From the NCBI GenBank assembly GCA_026129095.1, contig JAHCIT010000001.1, positions 434,245-498,244 on the forward strand: a DNA stretch of 64,000 nt, read 5' to 3'. Numbering within the stretch: position 1 is the stretch's first letter; each line of letters opens with the position of its first letter. This DNA is from Deltaproteobacteria bacterium. GTDB lineage: Bacteria > JAGRBM01 > JAHCIT01. Made by a program: the position numbers and the translations under genes. Shown in pieces: positions 43,103 through 52,768 of the stretch. A model generated the notes under the pieces. That model was not told where the DNA came from. It ran no database searches and saw only the letters and a list, made by a program, of their open reading frames with translations.

Positions 43103-44563
43103 CTATTTCCCCAATCTGAACATCACCTCAAGCCCGCCTTCAGAACGATTCCGGATTTCGAGTATGCCACCTTCGGCATCGGCGACAGCACGGGCAACTG
43201 CGAGTCCCATACCGGTACCGCCCGATTTAGTGGTAAAAAACGGGTCCGTTGCACGGGTAAGCACTTCTCCCGTCATACCGGGACCATCGTCCATGACGGT
43301 TATTTCCGTTTCCCTGCCTTTTGTGGTGACTTCAATTGTCACCGTATGACGGGCGGCTGAGAGCGCGTTGTCAATCACGTTAAAAAGCCCTTGGGAAAAC
43401 TGCTCTGGATCACGGAGAGTGCTGGTGTCTTGGCCGTCTCCGCTGACCTTGAGTTCCAGCCGTATCCCCAATTCAGCTGCCCGTGGAGCCAGCCGCTCAG
43501 TCTCGACAGCGGCCAGTTCCATGACGGTGCGATAAGGCACTGCCCCCGCGCCTCCTTCTGTCATATCGTCATCGGTACGGAGCACGTTCGTCAGCATGCG
43601 GCTGAGCCGTGTTCTCATAACTTCAAGCCGGAATAACTCTTCATGCAGGAGACTGCGCGAGGGTTCGGGAAGTTTTTTGGCATGACGCTCAATCTGATGC
43701 AGACTCATGCCAAACAGACCAAGTTCATGCCGGGACTGATGGGCAATTCGGGCGCTTACTTCACCAACAGCTGCGAGTTTCTGCTTCAGTTCCAGCTCCC
43801 GAACCAGATTTACAATCTGTTCACGTCTCTGTATCAGGATCTGGACGGCAAAACTGAGATAAAATCCCCAGCTCATCCAGAACATTGTCGCGTTGGGGTA
43901 GCGGGGATCATATGCCTTTACCGCCGCGTAATTCAGGGGTGCCACCAGAACAGCAATGGTGATAAAAACGGCGATGTCACTGTACAAAACACCAAGAGGT
44001 GGCACCTGAAGCAGTTCCCGCGGACGTTGCCGGTGCCGGAGCCAGACTCCAAATTCACTCATTACCAGGTAGACATTACAGAGAACCAAAAGAAGAAAGG
44101 CATATTTCAGATCAAGCACCACTTCACCGATAGGCACGGGGTACTGGCCGTCGCCGGTTTTCAGGTGGAACCAGTGTGTGGCCAGCATTGCGGCAATTGC
44201 TGACAACAGTGCCCATCCAACCGAAAAGGGCTGATTTGCGATACGCTGGAACGACCATTCCCGCCAACGGCGTGGCCAAATCGTGTGGTAAATCAGGTTT
44301 CTCACCACCGTCGCCGCAAGCAGCACCCATATGGCCCTTGGTCCCATAATGAAAAATGCAGCTACGCCTGCGACGCCCGTCGAATAATGAATGTAACGCT
44401 TGGGTGGAATATCCAGCGGAAACATTCCGCCTACGACCATGATGATAAACGTGCCGATGATAAAGATCGGGGATTCGGGCCAGTGACGAAGTGGCCAGTT
44501 TTCCAGCCAATCCAGAAGAAACCACTCCTGAAGACGGCGCAGCAGGCCGAACCATTCGTTCAC
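43103..44563 (-). CDS. Membrane sensor histidine kinase
   Basis: Multi-TM N-terminus; IAHQSRH H-box; NVIDNA, DDGPG, PFFTTK, GTGMGL. Confidence 0.9.
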   Translation of the reverse strand: MNEWFGLLRRLQEWFLLDWLENWPLRHWPESPIFIIGTFIIMVVGGMFPLDIPPKRYIHYSTGVAGVAAFFIMGPRAIWVLLAATVVRNLIYHTIWPRRWREWSFQRIANQPFSVGWALLSAIAAMLATHWFHLKTGDGQYPVPIGEVVLDLKYAFLLLVLCNVYLVMSEFGVWLRHRQRPRELLQVPPLGVLYSDIAVFITIAVLVAPLNYAAVKAYDPRYPNATMFWMSWGFYLSFAVQILIQRREQIVNLVRELELKQKLAAVGEVSARIAHQSRHELGLFGMSLHQIERHAKKLPEPSRSLLHEELFRLEVMRTRLSRMLTNVLRTDDDMTEGGAGAVPYRTVMELAAVETERLAPRAAELGIRLELKVSGDGQDTSTLRDPEQFSQGLFNVIDNALSAARHTVTIEVTTKGRETEITVMDDGPGMTGEVLTRATDPFFTTKSGGTGMGLAVARAVADAEGGILEIRNRSEGGLEVMFRLGK

Positions 44564-45201
44564 CGGCCAGCTCCATAGCGGGTAACCAATACTGCCAGCC
44601 TGGTACGATCTGGAAGCTGAAGCGCCTGCAGGATGTGGGTAACGTGGTTTTTCACCGTGCCTTCACTGAGAAAGAGCCGTTCGGCAATCTCACGGTTGCT
44701 TTGCCCTTCGCCCACAAGCGCCATGACTTCACGCTGCCGCGGCGTAAACGTACCAACGATACGGCGAAATTCCCGAGAGTCGGGGTCCGAACGCAAGGCA
44801 TCAGCAAGCCGAATTGCAAGATCCGCGCTCATCACGGTTTTCCCAGCTGCGGCATCACGTACGGCCTTCAGCAACTCCCTGGGCGCGGCATCTTTCCGGA
44901 CAAAACCACATGCCCCAGCCTCCACCGCCGCCTTTACACGGCGTGGATCGTCATGAGCCGAAAGCATGAGCACGCGCCGCCCATCCAGAAGCGTTGGGAG
45001 CGCCTCAATTCCGCTTTCACCTGGTAGCTCCACATCAAGTAATAACAAATCCACCGAAGCTGACTGAAGACGTTCCCTCAACTCCGCTACCGTACCCGCT
45101 TCCAGACATACGTCGATATCGGGTTCAGCAGCCAGAACAGCCGCAAGTCCAGAGCGAAAGACCGGGTGATCGTCACAGATGGCGACTCGAATAGGGGTCA
45201 T
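44560..45201 (-). CDS. NarL/LuxR-family response regulator
   Basis: ICDDHPVFRSG, LLDVELP, GFVRK, TPRQREV..SNREIAERLFLSEGTVKNHV. Confidence 0.93.
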   Translation of the reverse strand: MTPIRVAICDDHPVFRSGLAAVLAAEPDIDVCLEAGTVAELRERLQSASVDLLLLDVELPGESGIEALPTLLDGRRVLMLSAHDDPRRVKAAVEAGACGFVRKDAAPRELLKAVRDAAAGKTVMSADLAIRLADALRSDPDSREFRRIVGTFTPRQREVMALVGEGQSNREIAERLFLSEGTVKNHVTHILQALQLPDRTRLAVLVTRYGAGR

Positions 45202-45284
45202 TTCAACCTTTGGACCAAAGATACCGCCCAAAGAATGGGTTCTCCAGCGGCAAATTGCCGACGGCAATGCCATGAATTTAATTC

Positions 45285-45338
45285 ATGACGCGTCGCATCT
45301 AAAAAACGTGACTCCAGTCATGGCTCAACATGACTCCC
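45285..45338. promoter_or_regulatory. Putative regulator-binding repeats between response regulator and lipase
   Basis: TGAC at 45286, 45309 and 45331 (22-23 bp period), central TGACTCCAGTCA dyad. Confidence 0.4.
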
Positions 45339-45446
45339 GCTATCTGATGGGTGCGCAAACAAAACTGTATTCTTGCCCGCATAACAAGACCGCAACCGGC
45401 ACCCACTACATGAAGTCTGCCGGTTTCTACCTGAGGAGAAAGCATC

Positions 45447-46358
45447 ATGCAGTTCTGTAACCGCACCAACCTGTTCATCCTGCTTGCCATCACAATGATG
45501 ACACTACCCACTGCCGCCTACGCTGGCGGAAGTACGCCCCCAAAAGTGGGCACCAAATACCCTATCGTTCTCGCGCACGGTTTCAGTGGCTTCGATTCCC
45601 TTCTTGGCATCGACTACTTCTACCAGATCGCCGGTACGCTCAGGAATGAAGGGCATAAGGTCTATACCACCGAAGTGTCCGCCTTTAATTCAGTCCAGAC
45701 GCGCGGGAACCAGCTCGCCGACCAGATTGAACAGATACTGGCCATCAGCGGCGCGCAGAAAGTAATCATTGTTGGACACTCCATGGGTGGACTCGATGCA
45801 CGCTACGCCACCCGCTACCGGTTGGGATCAAGCAAGGTAGCTGCAGTTGTCACTGTCGCCACTCCGCACAGGGGAGCGGTCATGTCAGATCTTATCTACC
45901 CGCTCGTCAATACCGTGGTGAAGCTGACTGGACCGGTGGGAGACGCCATCGCCGCTTTCGTTTCATCCGTTGGCGGTGCCATCGTAAGCGGGAAACTAAC
46001 GCTTCCACAGGATGTGGTAGCCGGTCTGCGCGATCTCACCAGTGGCTTTACTTCCCAGTGGAACCAAGTGACCACAAATGTCCCCGGCGTCCTCTACTGG
46101 AGCTATGGCGGAACAAGTATCGTTAATATTTCGCTCGACCCCACAGACGCACTGATGTTTCTGACCGGTATCGTTGATCCAGTCCCGAATGACGGTCTTG
46201 TCAACCGGGAGTCGGCCAAATGGGGAACTGTCAAGAACGTCAATCTGAATGCAAATCACCTGGATGAAGTAAACCAGCTACTTGGCTCCACCGGCTGGTT
46301 CGACGCCAAGGGGTTCTTCAAAGGGATGGCCGCGGAGCTGAAGAATCTGGGTTACTAG
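45447..46358 (+). CDS. Secreted triacylglycerol lipase (family I-like)
   Basis: TKYPIVLAHG, GHSMGG nucleophile, TPHRG, NDGLV, NHLDEVNQ; signal peptide. Confidence 0.93.
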   Translation: MQFCNRTNLFILLAITMMTLPTAAYAGGSTPPKVGTKYPIVLAHGFSGFDSLLGIDYFYQIAGTLRNEGHKVYTTEVSAFNSVQTRGNQLADQIEQILAISGAQKVIIVGHSMGGLDARYATRYRLGSSKVAAVVTVATPHRGAVMSDLIYPLVNTVVKLTGPVGDAIAAFVSSVGGAIVSGKLTLPQDVVAGLRDLTSGFTSQWNQVTTNVPGVLYWSYGGTSIVNISLDPTDALMFLTGIVDPVPNDGLVNRESAKWGTVKNVNLNANHLDEVNQLLGSTGWFDAKGFFKGMAAELKNLGY

Positions 46359-46389
46359 AAAACTTCAGGCGAATCCCGAACCAAGGTAC

Positions 46390-46432
46390 ACAGGACCGGA
46401 TATCGTATGGTATCCGGTCCTGTTATTTTTTC
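46390..46432 (+). terminator. Intrinsic terminator after lipase
   Basis: CAGGACCGGATAT...GTATCCGGTCCTG followed by TTATTTTTT. Confidence 0.8.
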
Positions 46433-46509
46433 TGAACTCTCCCCATCTTTATGCTTCCGGCAAAGGGTGCACCCGGCATAAAATCTGGTCCAGCAAGGGA
46501 GAAACCATC

Positions 46510-48120
46510 ATGTCTGAGCCTTACCTTGTCCAAATGGGTCGCTGGGTGGCCGATCTGGACTATGAAAATATTCCACCCGACTCGGTCCGTGCGGCCCGAT
46601 ACCAGGTTCTGAACATGGTAGCTGCACTGCACGGAGCGGCACGATCTCATGAAACTGCCTCCATCGCGGCGGGCATTGGTGGATTTTCATTGGGTCAGGG
46701 ACGTTCAACGGCGCTGGCCACTGGAACCCGCCATGCTCCCCATGAGGCTGTTCTTTCAAATGCCTGTTACTCCATGGCCCAAGACTTCGATGATATCGTC
46801 TGGATGGGGCATACCTGCCATTCCGCCGTATTCGCATCGCTTGCCATAGCAGAGCATGAAGGGACCGATACCCAAACATTCCTGTCAGCCGTCGTCGCTG
46901 CAAATGAAATAGGCGGCCGGCTTGGAGCCTCCAGCATCCTCGGACCACTGAATGGCCAGATGTGGACCTTTATACATCTCATCGGAGCTTCCGCTGCCGC
47001 GGCCCGAATTCTGCGGCTGACAGCAGAGCAGGCGACTCATGCCATGGCGATTGCACTATCACAGCCAAATTTTGCACTACAGCCTGGGTTTATGGTGCCA
47101 ACATCCAAGCTGCTGTCAGCTGCGCTTCCAGCAGCTACGGGAATCCAGGCAGCCTATTTCGCCCGTGCTGGAATGACAGGTGCGCCAGACATTATCGAAG
47201 ACCGCCGGGGGTTCTGGAAGCGTTTCAGCTACGTACCGCTTCCTTCAATGATGGGAGGGCTGGGCGACTTCTGGGTAATGCAGACCCTTGCCGTCAAGAC
47301 CGTCCCCGGCTGCCATTATTTCCAGACAGCCTGTTCAGCCATTGATGAAATCGAGCGGCGCCGGGGCCGTATCGACCCGAAAAGGATACGTCGAGTAAAG
47401 GCCGGAACCACCAAGCTTGGGCTAGAGGCGACGAAGTTCGCTTCCGAGTATTCCAGGTCGACAGGCACGGTCATGCCAGTCAATGTCAACTTCGATCTCG
47501 CTGTTACGATCGCCATCCGGTTATTGGTTGGCAGGCTCACCAGCGAGCAGATGTACCCGGAATGGCTTGCCGAGCGTACATCCGATATTCGCCATCTCGC
47601 TTCCCAGACCATCGTCACTCATGAGCCTGCTCTCACCCTGAAAACCATCGGGAGCCTGCGGGCTGCGGGAGCGGGTCGTGGTGCCCTGTCGGCAATCACG
47701 CCATCCGACATTCCTCGGCTAGTACGGCGCTATTCGGAGGAGTACAGTTCGACGCTCATTACGCCCAGGGAAGCGACAGGATGGATAAAGGCCATTGCCA
47801 GCATGACCCGCCGGCGAAGTACCAGCGCAATACCAAAAAGACCGTCTCGCAGTTCCATTCCGCTCTATTTTCCCAACCGGGTGACGGTAGAGTTTAACGA
47901 TGGGGCAACCGAAACAGCCCAGGTGGATCTGCCAGCTGGCTCATTCTGCTCGCCAGACATGGAAACAGAACTGAAGGAAAAATTCCTGCGCGAGACGGTG
48001 CCGGTACTGGGCCCCCAAAACGCCATAAAAGCCTTTGAAACCGGATTAGAACTGGAATCGGCAAGATTGCCTGATTTCATCAGGCTGGTGTCGAAACAAC
48101 AAAACAGCGCCGTCACATAA
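46510..48120 (+). CDS. MmgE/PrpD family protein
   Basis: AQDFDD..GH, A.E....L, AGMTG...IE...GF, K..PGC. Confidence 0.82.
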   Translation: MSEPYLVQMGRWVADLDYENIPPDSVRAARYQVLNMVAALHGAARSHETASIAAGIGGFSLGQGRSTALATGTRHAPHEAVLSNACYSMAQDFDDIVWMGHTCHSAVFASLAIAEHEGTDTQTFLSAVVAANEIGGRLGASSILGPLNGQMWTFIHLIGASAAAARILRLTAEQATHAMAIALSQPNFALQPGFMVPTSKLLSAALPAATGIQAAYFARAGMTGAPDIIEDRRGFWKRFSYVPLPSMMGGLGDFWVMQTLAVKTVPGCHYFQTACSAIDEIERRRGRIDPKRIRRVKAGTTKLGLEATKFASEYSRSTGTVMPVNVNFDLAVTIAIRLLVGRLTSEQMYPEWLAERTSDIRHLASQTIVTHEPALTLKTIGSLRAAGAGRGALSAITPSDIPRLVRRYSEEYSSTLITPREATGWIKAIASMTRRRSTSAIPKRPSRSSIPLYFPNRVTVEFNDGATETAQVDLPAGSFCSPDMETELKEKFLRETVPVLGPQNAIKAFETGLELESARLPDFIRLVSKQQNSAVT

Positions 48121-48131
48121 TTGTCATAAAT
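48110..48131 (+). promoter_or_regulatory. Pho box (PhoB site) upstream of pstS
   Basis: CCGTCACATAA-TTGTCATAAAT 11-bp direct repeat matching the CTGTCAT consensus. Confidence 0.75.
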
Positions 48132-48192
48132 CTTCGATAGGGTTCCACGCAGAAGAGGGACGAGCGTCCCCAAGCACAGGAGAACCAGAGCA

Positions 48193-49236
48193 ATGCACAA
48201 GGAACTGAACAGAATCGTGAGCCGTCGCCGCCCTATTGTGACGGCAGCGGCCGTTGTCGCCCTATTTGCCAGCGCAGTGATTTCCCATGGTGCCGGCGCA
48301 CCCGGCACCGTCCAGATTGATCCAAACCTCCCCGATTACAAATCAGTGCAAGGCATCTCAGGCAGCCTGAACTCGGTTGGCTCAGACTCGATGAATAACC
48401 TGATGACCCTGTGGGGTGAAGGTTTCGCTAAATACTATCCGAATGTGAAGATACAAGTGGAGGGCAAGGGATCATCCACAGCCCCGGCAGCGCTCATCGC
48501 CGGCACCGCGCAGCTCGGCCCCATGAGCCGTCCAATGAAGGAAGAAGAAATCGACAAGTTTGAAAAGAAGTTTGGCTACAAGCCGGCCGAATACCGCACC
48601 TCTATTGATGCACTGGCCGTCTATGTGAACAAGGACAACCCGATCAAGGAAATGACCATGGAACAGGTGGATGCCGTTTTTTCGTCCACGCGGCTGGGCG
48701 GCAACTCGGATATTACCCGCTGGGGCCAGCTAGGTCTTACCGGCGAGTGGGCGAACCGGCCAGTCAGTCTTTATGGCCGTAACTCGGCGTCTGGTACCTA
48801 TGGTTTCTTCAAGGAAGTTGCGCTGTTCAAGGGTGACTACAAGTCGTCAGTGAAGGAGCAGCCCGGGTCGGCTGCTGTTGTTCAAGGCGTCACCGAGGAT
48901 ATCGGCGGTATCGGCTATAGCGGTATCGGCTACCGGACTTCCGGTGTTAAGATGGTCGCACTGTCGAAAAAGCAGCCTCAGAGTGCACTCAAGCGAGCCA
49001 CGCAGAAACTGGTATTCTATGAGCCGAGTTACGAAAATGCCCTGAAAGGGAACTACCCGCTCTCGCGCTTCATGTATGTCTACATCAACCAGAAGCCCAA
49101 TGAACCGCTGGATCCTCTGGTCCGTGAGTTCATGCGATTCATTTTCACCAAGGAAGGCCAGGAAGTGGTTGTGAAGGACGGCTACGACCCGCTCACCGCC
49201 AAGATGGCCGAGGAAGAACTAGCCAAACTGAAGTAA
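48193..49236 (+). CDS. pstS: Phosphate ABC transporter substrate-binding protein
   Basis: SVGSDS, EGKGSSTAP, YGRNSASGTYGFFK, GYSGIGY, YPLSRF. Confidence 0.95.
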   Translation: MHKELNRIVSRRRPIVTAAAVVALFASAVISHGAGAPGTVQIDPNLPDYKSVQGISGSLNSVGSDSMNNLMTLWGEGFAKYYPNVKIQVEGKGSSTAPAALIAGTAQLGPMSRPMKEEEIDKFEKKFGYKPAEYRTSIDALAVYVNKDNPIKEMTMEQVDAVFSSTRLGGNSDITRWGQLGLTGEWANRPVSLYGRNSASGTYGFFKEVALFKGDYKSSVKEQPGSAAVVQGVTEDIGGIGYSGIGYRTSGVKMVALSKKQPQSALKRATQKLVFYEPSYENALKGNYPLSRFMYVYINQKPNEPLDPLVREFMRFIFTKEGQEVVVKDGYDPLTAKMAEEELAKLK

Positions 49237-49256
49237 GCTACAGGGCCTATAATACT

Positions 49257-49293
49257 ACTGAGGCTCCGGCTCATGCCGGGGCCTCAGTGTTTT
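49257..49293 (+). terminator. Intrinsic terminator after pstS
   Basis: ACTGAGGCTCCGGC-TCAT-GCCGGGGCCTCAGT followed by GTTTT. Confidence 0.8.
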
Positions 49294-49364
49294 GGCAGAC
49301 GCTTTCGTTTCCAATGAAAGCCGGGTAGTTCGGCTGTCGAGGGAAAGGAAACCTCGCTGAGATC

Positions 49365-50534
49365 ATGAAGCGTCACATGCTGGCAGCGGGGCTGTGTCTG
49401 GGAGTAGCGGCCTATGCCATGGGACTCACCATATTTGGTCCCGCAGTGACCGCGATGGCTGCCGGATTTGGCACCGATGAAGCCGCAGTCGGAACACTGT
49501 TTATGTGGATGGCGGCTGGCTTTCTCCTATCCACGGCGGCCGGATGGGCGCTCTCCGGACGGATCGGGTTGAAGTGGTTCGCTGCTCCGGGCATCTCGGT
49601 CTTGGCGATTGGCCTGATAATGGTCGGTGCCGGAGGGACATACCCAACAGCCGCCGCCGGAATGGCCCTCTATGGAGTAGGCGGCGCATTCCTTCAAATT
49701 GCCACCAACGCCGGCATGGCTGATCTCTACCCGCGCCGCCAAGCATTCGCCCTGAATGTTCTCCATTCTTCATTTGGCATCTCGGCACTGCTGGGGCCCA
49801 GGTTTTCCGGATACTGGATTGCCTCAGGGCATGAATGGGAAGAGGTGTACATAATGGCCGGAGTGGCGGCATTTCTTCCACTCCCCTTTTATCTCCTGCT
49901 CCGGTTTCCCGATCATTCACGGGGAACTGGACGCCAGAACGTGGGTCAGGTGTCCGATCGGCTGCATTCGCCGTGGACTGATCCAGTAGTCGCACTGACA
50001 GCCCTCGCCATATTCTTTTATGTCGGCGCAGAAGTAGCCACAAATAATTGGAGCGTCCGTTTCCTGGAAGCATCCAGAAGTCTCGACTCAATAGCGGCAG
50101 CAGCAGCCCTCTCCAATTTCTGGCTGGCACTAACAATTGGCCGGCTAGCCGTGATAGGACTTGCAACCCGCATTTCACCAGAACGGCTTCTCCTGCTGCT
50201 TGCTACCAGCTCGGTGCTTTCGGGAATGCTTCTGCTGCTGGGACCCGACTCGCTGGCCGGAACAGCCATGGTTGCTCTCGGGGCTTCTTATTCGGGCATT
50301 TTTGCTACGCTTTTTGCTGTAGCAACAACTCGCATACCAGGAGCAGCGGCTCCCGTGTCCGCGATGCTTACTTTTGCTGCAGGGGCTGGAATACTCGTCC
50401 TGACTCCAGCTGTTGGCTACGTGGCCCGATGGGTAGGCCACCCTGCTGGATTTGGCCTGACCGTGGTCTATCTTGGCGCCCTGCTCGGCTGCACGATCGT
50501 CATTACCCGGAAAATATCACGTGAACGCCGGTAG
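49365..50534 (+). CDS. MFS transporter (TsgA/FucP-like)
   Basis: About 12 TM helices, LNVLHSSFGI, FYVGAE, FW..LTIGR. Confidence 0.85.
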   Translation: MKRHMLAAGLCLGVAAYAMGLTIFGPAVTAMAAGFGTDEAAVGTLFMWMAAGFLLSTAAGWALSGRIGLKWFAAPGISVLAIGLIMVGAGGTYPTAAAGMALYGVGGAFLQIATNAGMADLYPRRQAFALNVLHSSFGISALLGPRFSGYWIASGHEWEEVYIMAGVAAFLPLPFYLLLRFPDHSRGTGRQNVGQVSDRLHSPWTDPVVALTALAIFFYVGAEVATNNWSVRFLEASRSLDSIAAAAALSNFWLALTIGRLAVIGLATRISPERLLLLLATSSVLSGMLLLLGPDSLAGTAMVALGASYSGIFATLFAVATTRIPGAAAPVSAMLTFAAGAGILVLTPAVGYVARWVGHPAGFGLTVVYLGALLGCTIVITRKISRERR

Positions 50535-51695
50535 ACCTGTCACCGCTTCACCAATGATCAGTGTGTGCATGTCATGAGTGCCTTCATAGGTTTTTACCGT
50601 TTCCAGATTACACATGTGTCGCATAACGCAATATTCATCAGTAATGCCATTAGCACCCAGCATGTCACGGGCCATCCGGGCAATATTGAGTGCTATCTCG
50701 ACATTGTTTCGTTTAGCGAGTGAGATCATCTGCGGAGTCTGTCGTTTCGCCTCGAACAAACGCCCTACACGCCAGGCCAGGAGCTGCGCCTTGGTAATTT
50801 CCGTCACCATATAGGCGAGTTTCTCTTGCACAAGCTGGTAACCGGCAATGGGCCGGGAAAACTGGACCCGGTTTTTCGTGTAGTTCAACGCCTCCAGATA
50901 GCAGGCCGTGGCCGCCCCCAGCGCTCCCCAGGCAATTCCATATCGTGCATGATTTAGGCAGCCCAGTGGGGACCCCAGCCCCTTCGAGCCCGGCAGGATA
51001 TGATCCTTCGGAATTCGCACGTCCTCCAGGACCAGTTCGCTTGTAATCGAAGCCCGCATGGAGAGCTTTCCATGCATGTCCATTGCCTTGAACCCTTTGG
51101 TATCTGCTGGAACGATGAAGCCCCGGATGTCAGATGATTGGTAACCGTCCAGCTTGGCCCATACAACGGCGTAGTTGGCTATTGATCCGTTGGTAATCCA
51201 CATCTTGGCGCCATTCAGGACATAACTGTCCCCATCTGTACGCGCATTGGTAACCATTCCACCCGGATTTGAGCCATAATCCGGTTCAGTAAGACCAAAA
51301 CAGAACAGCAGTTTTGCGGCCCGCATCTCTGGCAGAAACTTCTTCTTTTGTTCCTCGGATCCGTACTTGTTGATGGCTGTCATGGTGAGCCCGCTCTGCA
51401 CCGAGGCAAATGATCTCAGGCCCGAATCCCCCCGTTCCAGTTCCTGCATGATCAGCCCGTAGGCAACTTCGCTCATGCCGGGGCAACCATACCCCCGTAT
51501 GGACGCGCCAAAAATGCCAAGTTCACCCAGTTCCGGAACCAGTTGCTTGGGGAACGTCCCTGTTTGCCAGCTCTCACGGACCGTAGGCATGTAACGGTCC
51601 TTGATCCACGATCGGACCGAGTCGCGCGCCATGCGCTCCTCTGGCGTTAGCAGCTCTTCCAGATCATAAAAATCGAGTCCGTTCGTATCGGGCAT
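50517..51695 (-). CDS. gcdH: Glutaryl-CoA dehydrogenase
   Basis: ELERGDSG.RS, CFGLTEPDYGS, GAKMWITN, ARYGIAWG, TYEGTHD. Confidence 0.9.
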   Translation of the reverse strand: MPDTNGLDFYDLEELLTPEERMARDSVRSWIKDRYMPTVRESWQTGTFPKQLVPELGELGIFGASIRGYGCPGMSEVAYGLIMQELERGDSGLRSFASVQSGLTMTAINKYGSEEQKKKFLPEMRAAKLLFCFGLTEPDYGSNPGGMVTNARTDGDSYVLNGAKMWITNGSIANYAVVWAKLDGYQSSDIRGFIVPADTKGFKAMDMHGKLSMRASITSELVLEDVRIPKDHILPGSKGLGSPLGCLNHARYGIAWGALGAATACYLEALNYTKNRVQFSRPIAGYQLVQEKLAYMVTEITKAQLLAWRVGRLFEAKRQTPQMISLAKRNNVEIALNIARMARDMLGANGITDEYCVMRHMCNLETVKTYEGTHDMHTLIIGEAVTGLPAFT

Positions 51696-51856
51696 GATAG
51701 TTCTTTCCCCTCAAAAGGTCCGGCGGCCGGGACGGGTAGCACGATAATTCGATGTATGAAAGCGATGCCAGTCTGGAATCAAAGCGACTGATATATGGCC
51801 TGAAAAGGCGGGAAAATACCGGTTCGGGAGACTATGGATAGCGACCGATCGAGCAA

Positions 51857-52489
51857 TTACATTGCCGCGGCAAGCTGCTGACGGGTTTTCTGGAGCCGGG
51901 CATTCATTTTGCCCATGAGTGACTCGAACGATTCAGCCCGGATGATCTTGCTGAACTGCTGACGATAACTGGTAAGCAGGGATACATCGTCAATCACCAT
52001 ATCGTAGACAACCCAGCCACGGTCACGTGAATTGGTAAGCTGGAATTCGACTCGCACCGGCTCAGTGGTGCTACCAGTGGAAACTGCCGAAGCAATGGTT
52101 GCCTGAGTTCCTTTTATCAGTTCACTTACAACCTCAGCCGAAAAATCGACAACCGGCTTCACTTTGGCAAGAACGGAGTGCTCAATCAGTTCCTTGAGCA
52201 CCAACGTGAATTCACTGCGCTGCTTCGCGTCAAGCTGTTCCCAGTTTGTTCCAAGCGAACGGCGCGCGAGCTCCTGGTAGTCGAAGCTGCCGCGCATTTC
52301 CACAATAAGTTTCTCGCGGCGGGCCTTGTCGTTGAGATTGCGATCCTGAAGGATTGCGGCAATCGCCCGTTCCTTTTCTGCAAACACATCCTTGGGCGTT
52401 TCATTCGCCAGAGCCGATACGGCCATAAAGAGACATCCAACAATTGCCAGCTTGGTCGCACGCATATTCAAGAATGTTCCCACTACCAC
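51857..52489 (-). CDS. mlaC: MlaC/Ttg2D phospholipid-binding periplasmic protein
   Basis: FDY.ELARRSLG..W, W.VYDMVIDDVSLLTSYRQQF. Confidence 0.88.
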   Translation of the reverse strand: MVVGTFLNMRATKLAIVGCLFMAVSALANETPKDVFAEKERAIAAILQDRNLNDKARREKLIVEMRGSFDYQELARRSLGTNWEQLDAKQRSEFTLVLKELIEHSVLAKVKPVVDFSAEVVSELIKGTQATIASAVSTGSTTEPVRVEFQLTNSRDRGWVVYDMVIDDVSLLTSYRQQFSKIIRAESFESLMGKMNARLQKTRQQLAAAM

Positions 52490-52593
52490 GTTCTGTCCTT
52501 AAAGAAACCGAAATTTGCTGCCTGATAGGCAACCCATTCGGCTTTATCCCAAACGGCCCAACCAGTCTGCGTAGACAGGTTCGCAGTTATACC

Positions 52594-52609
52594 AGCAAAC
52601 GGAGTGCCA
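52594..52609 (-). promoter_or_regulatory. Sigma54 -24/-12 promoter for mlaC
   Basis: Minus strand TGGCACTCCGTTTGCT. Confidence 0.75.
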
Positions 52610-52645
52610 ATCCAGCCCCGCTAGGGCTGACATTTTTTCATTTAA

Positions 52646-52658
52646 TATCAACAAGTTA
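52646..52658 (+). promoter_or_regulatory. IHF binding site
   Basis: TATCAACAAGTTA matches WATCAANNNNTTR with AT-rich 5' flank. Confidence 0.65.
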
Positions 52659-52768
52659 CGTCTTATCTGGCACTGGACTATTAGTTATTTAGGCTTGGTC
52701 TGTCACTCACGGTTGACAGAGTATGGCGCCTTGCCAGCACAAGCCATGTGAGGCATCAAAAGGAACGA

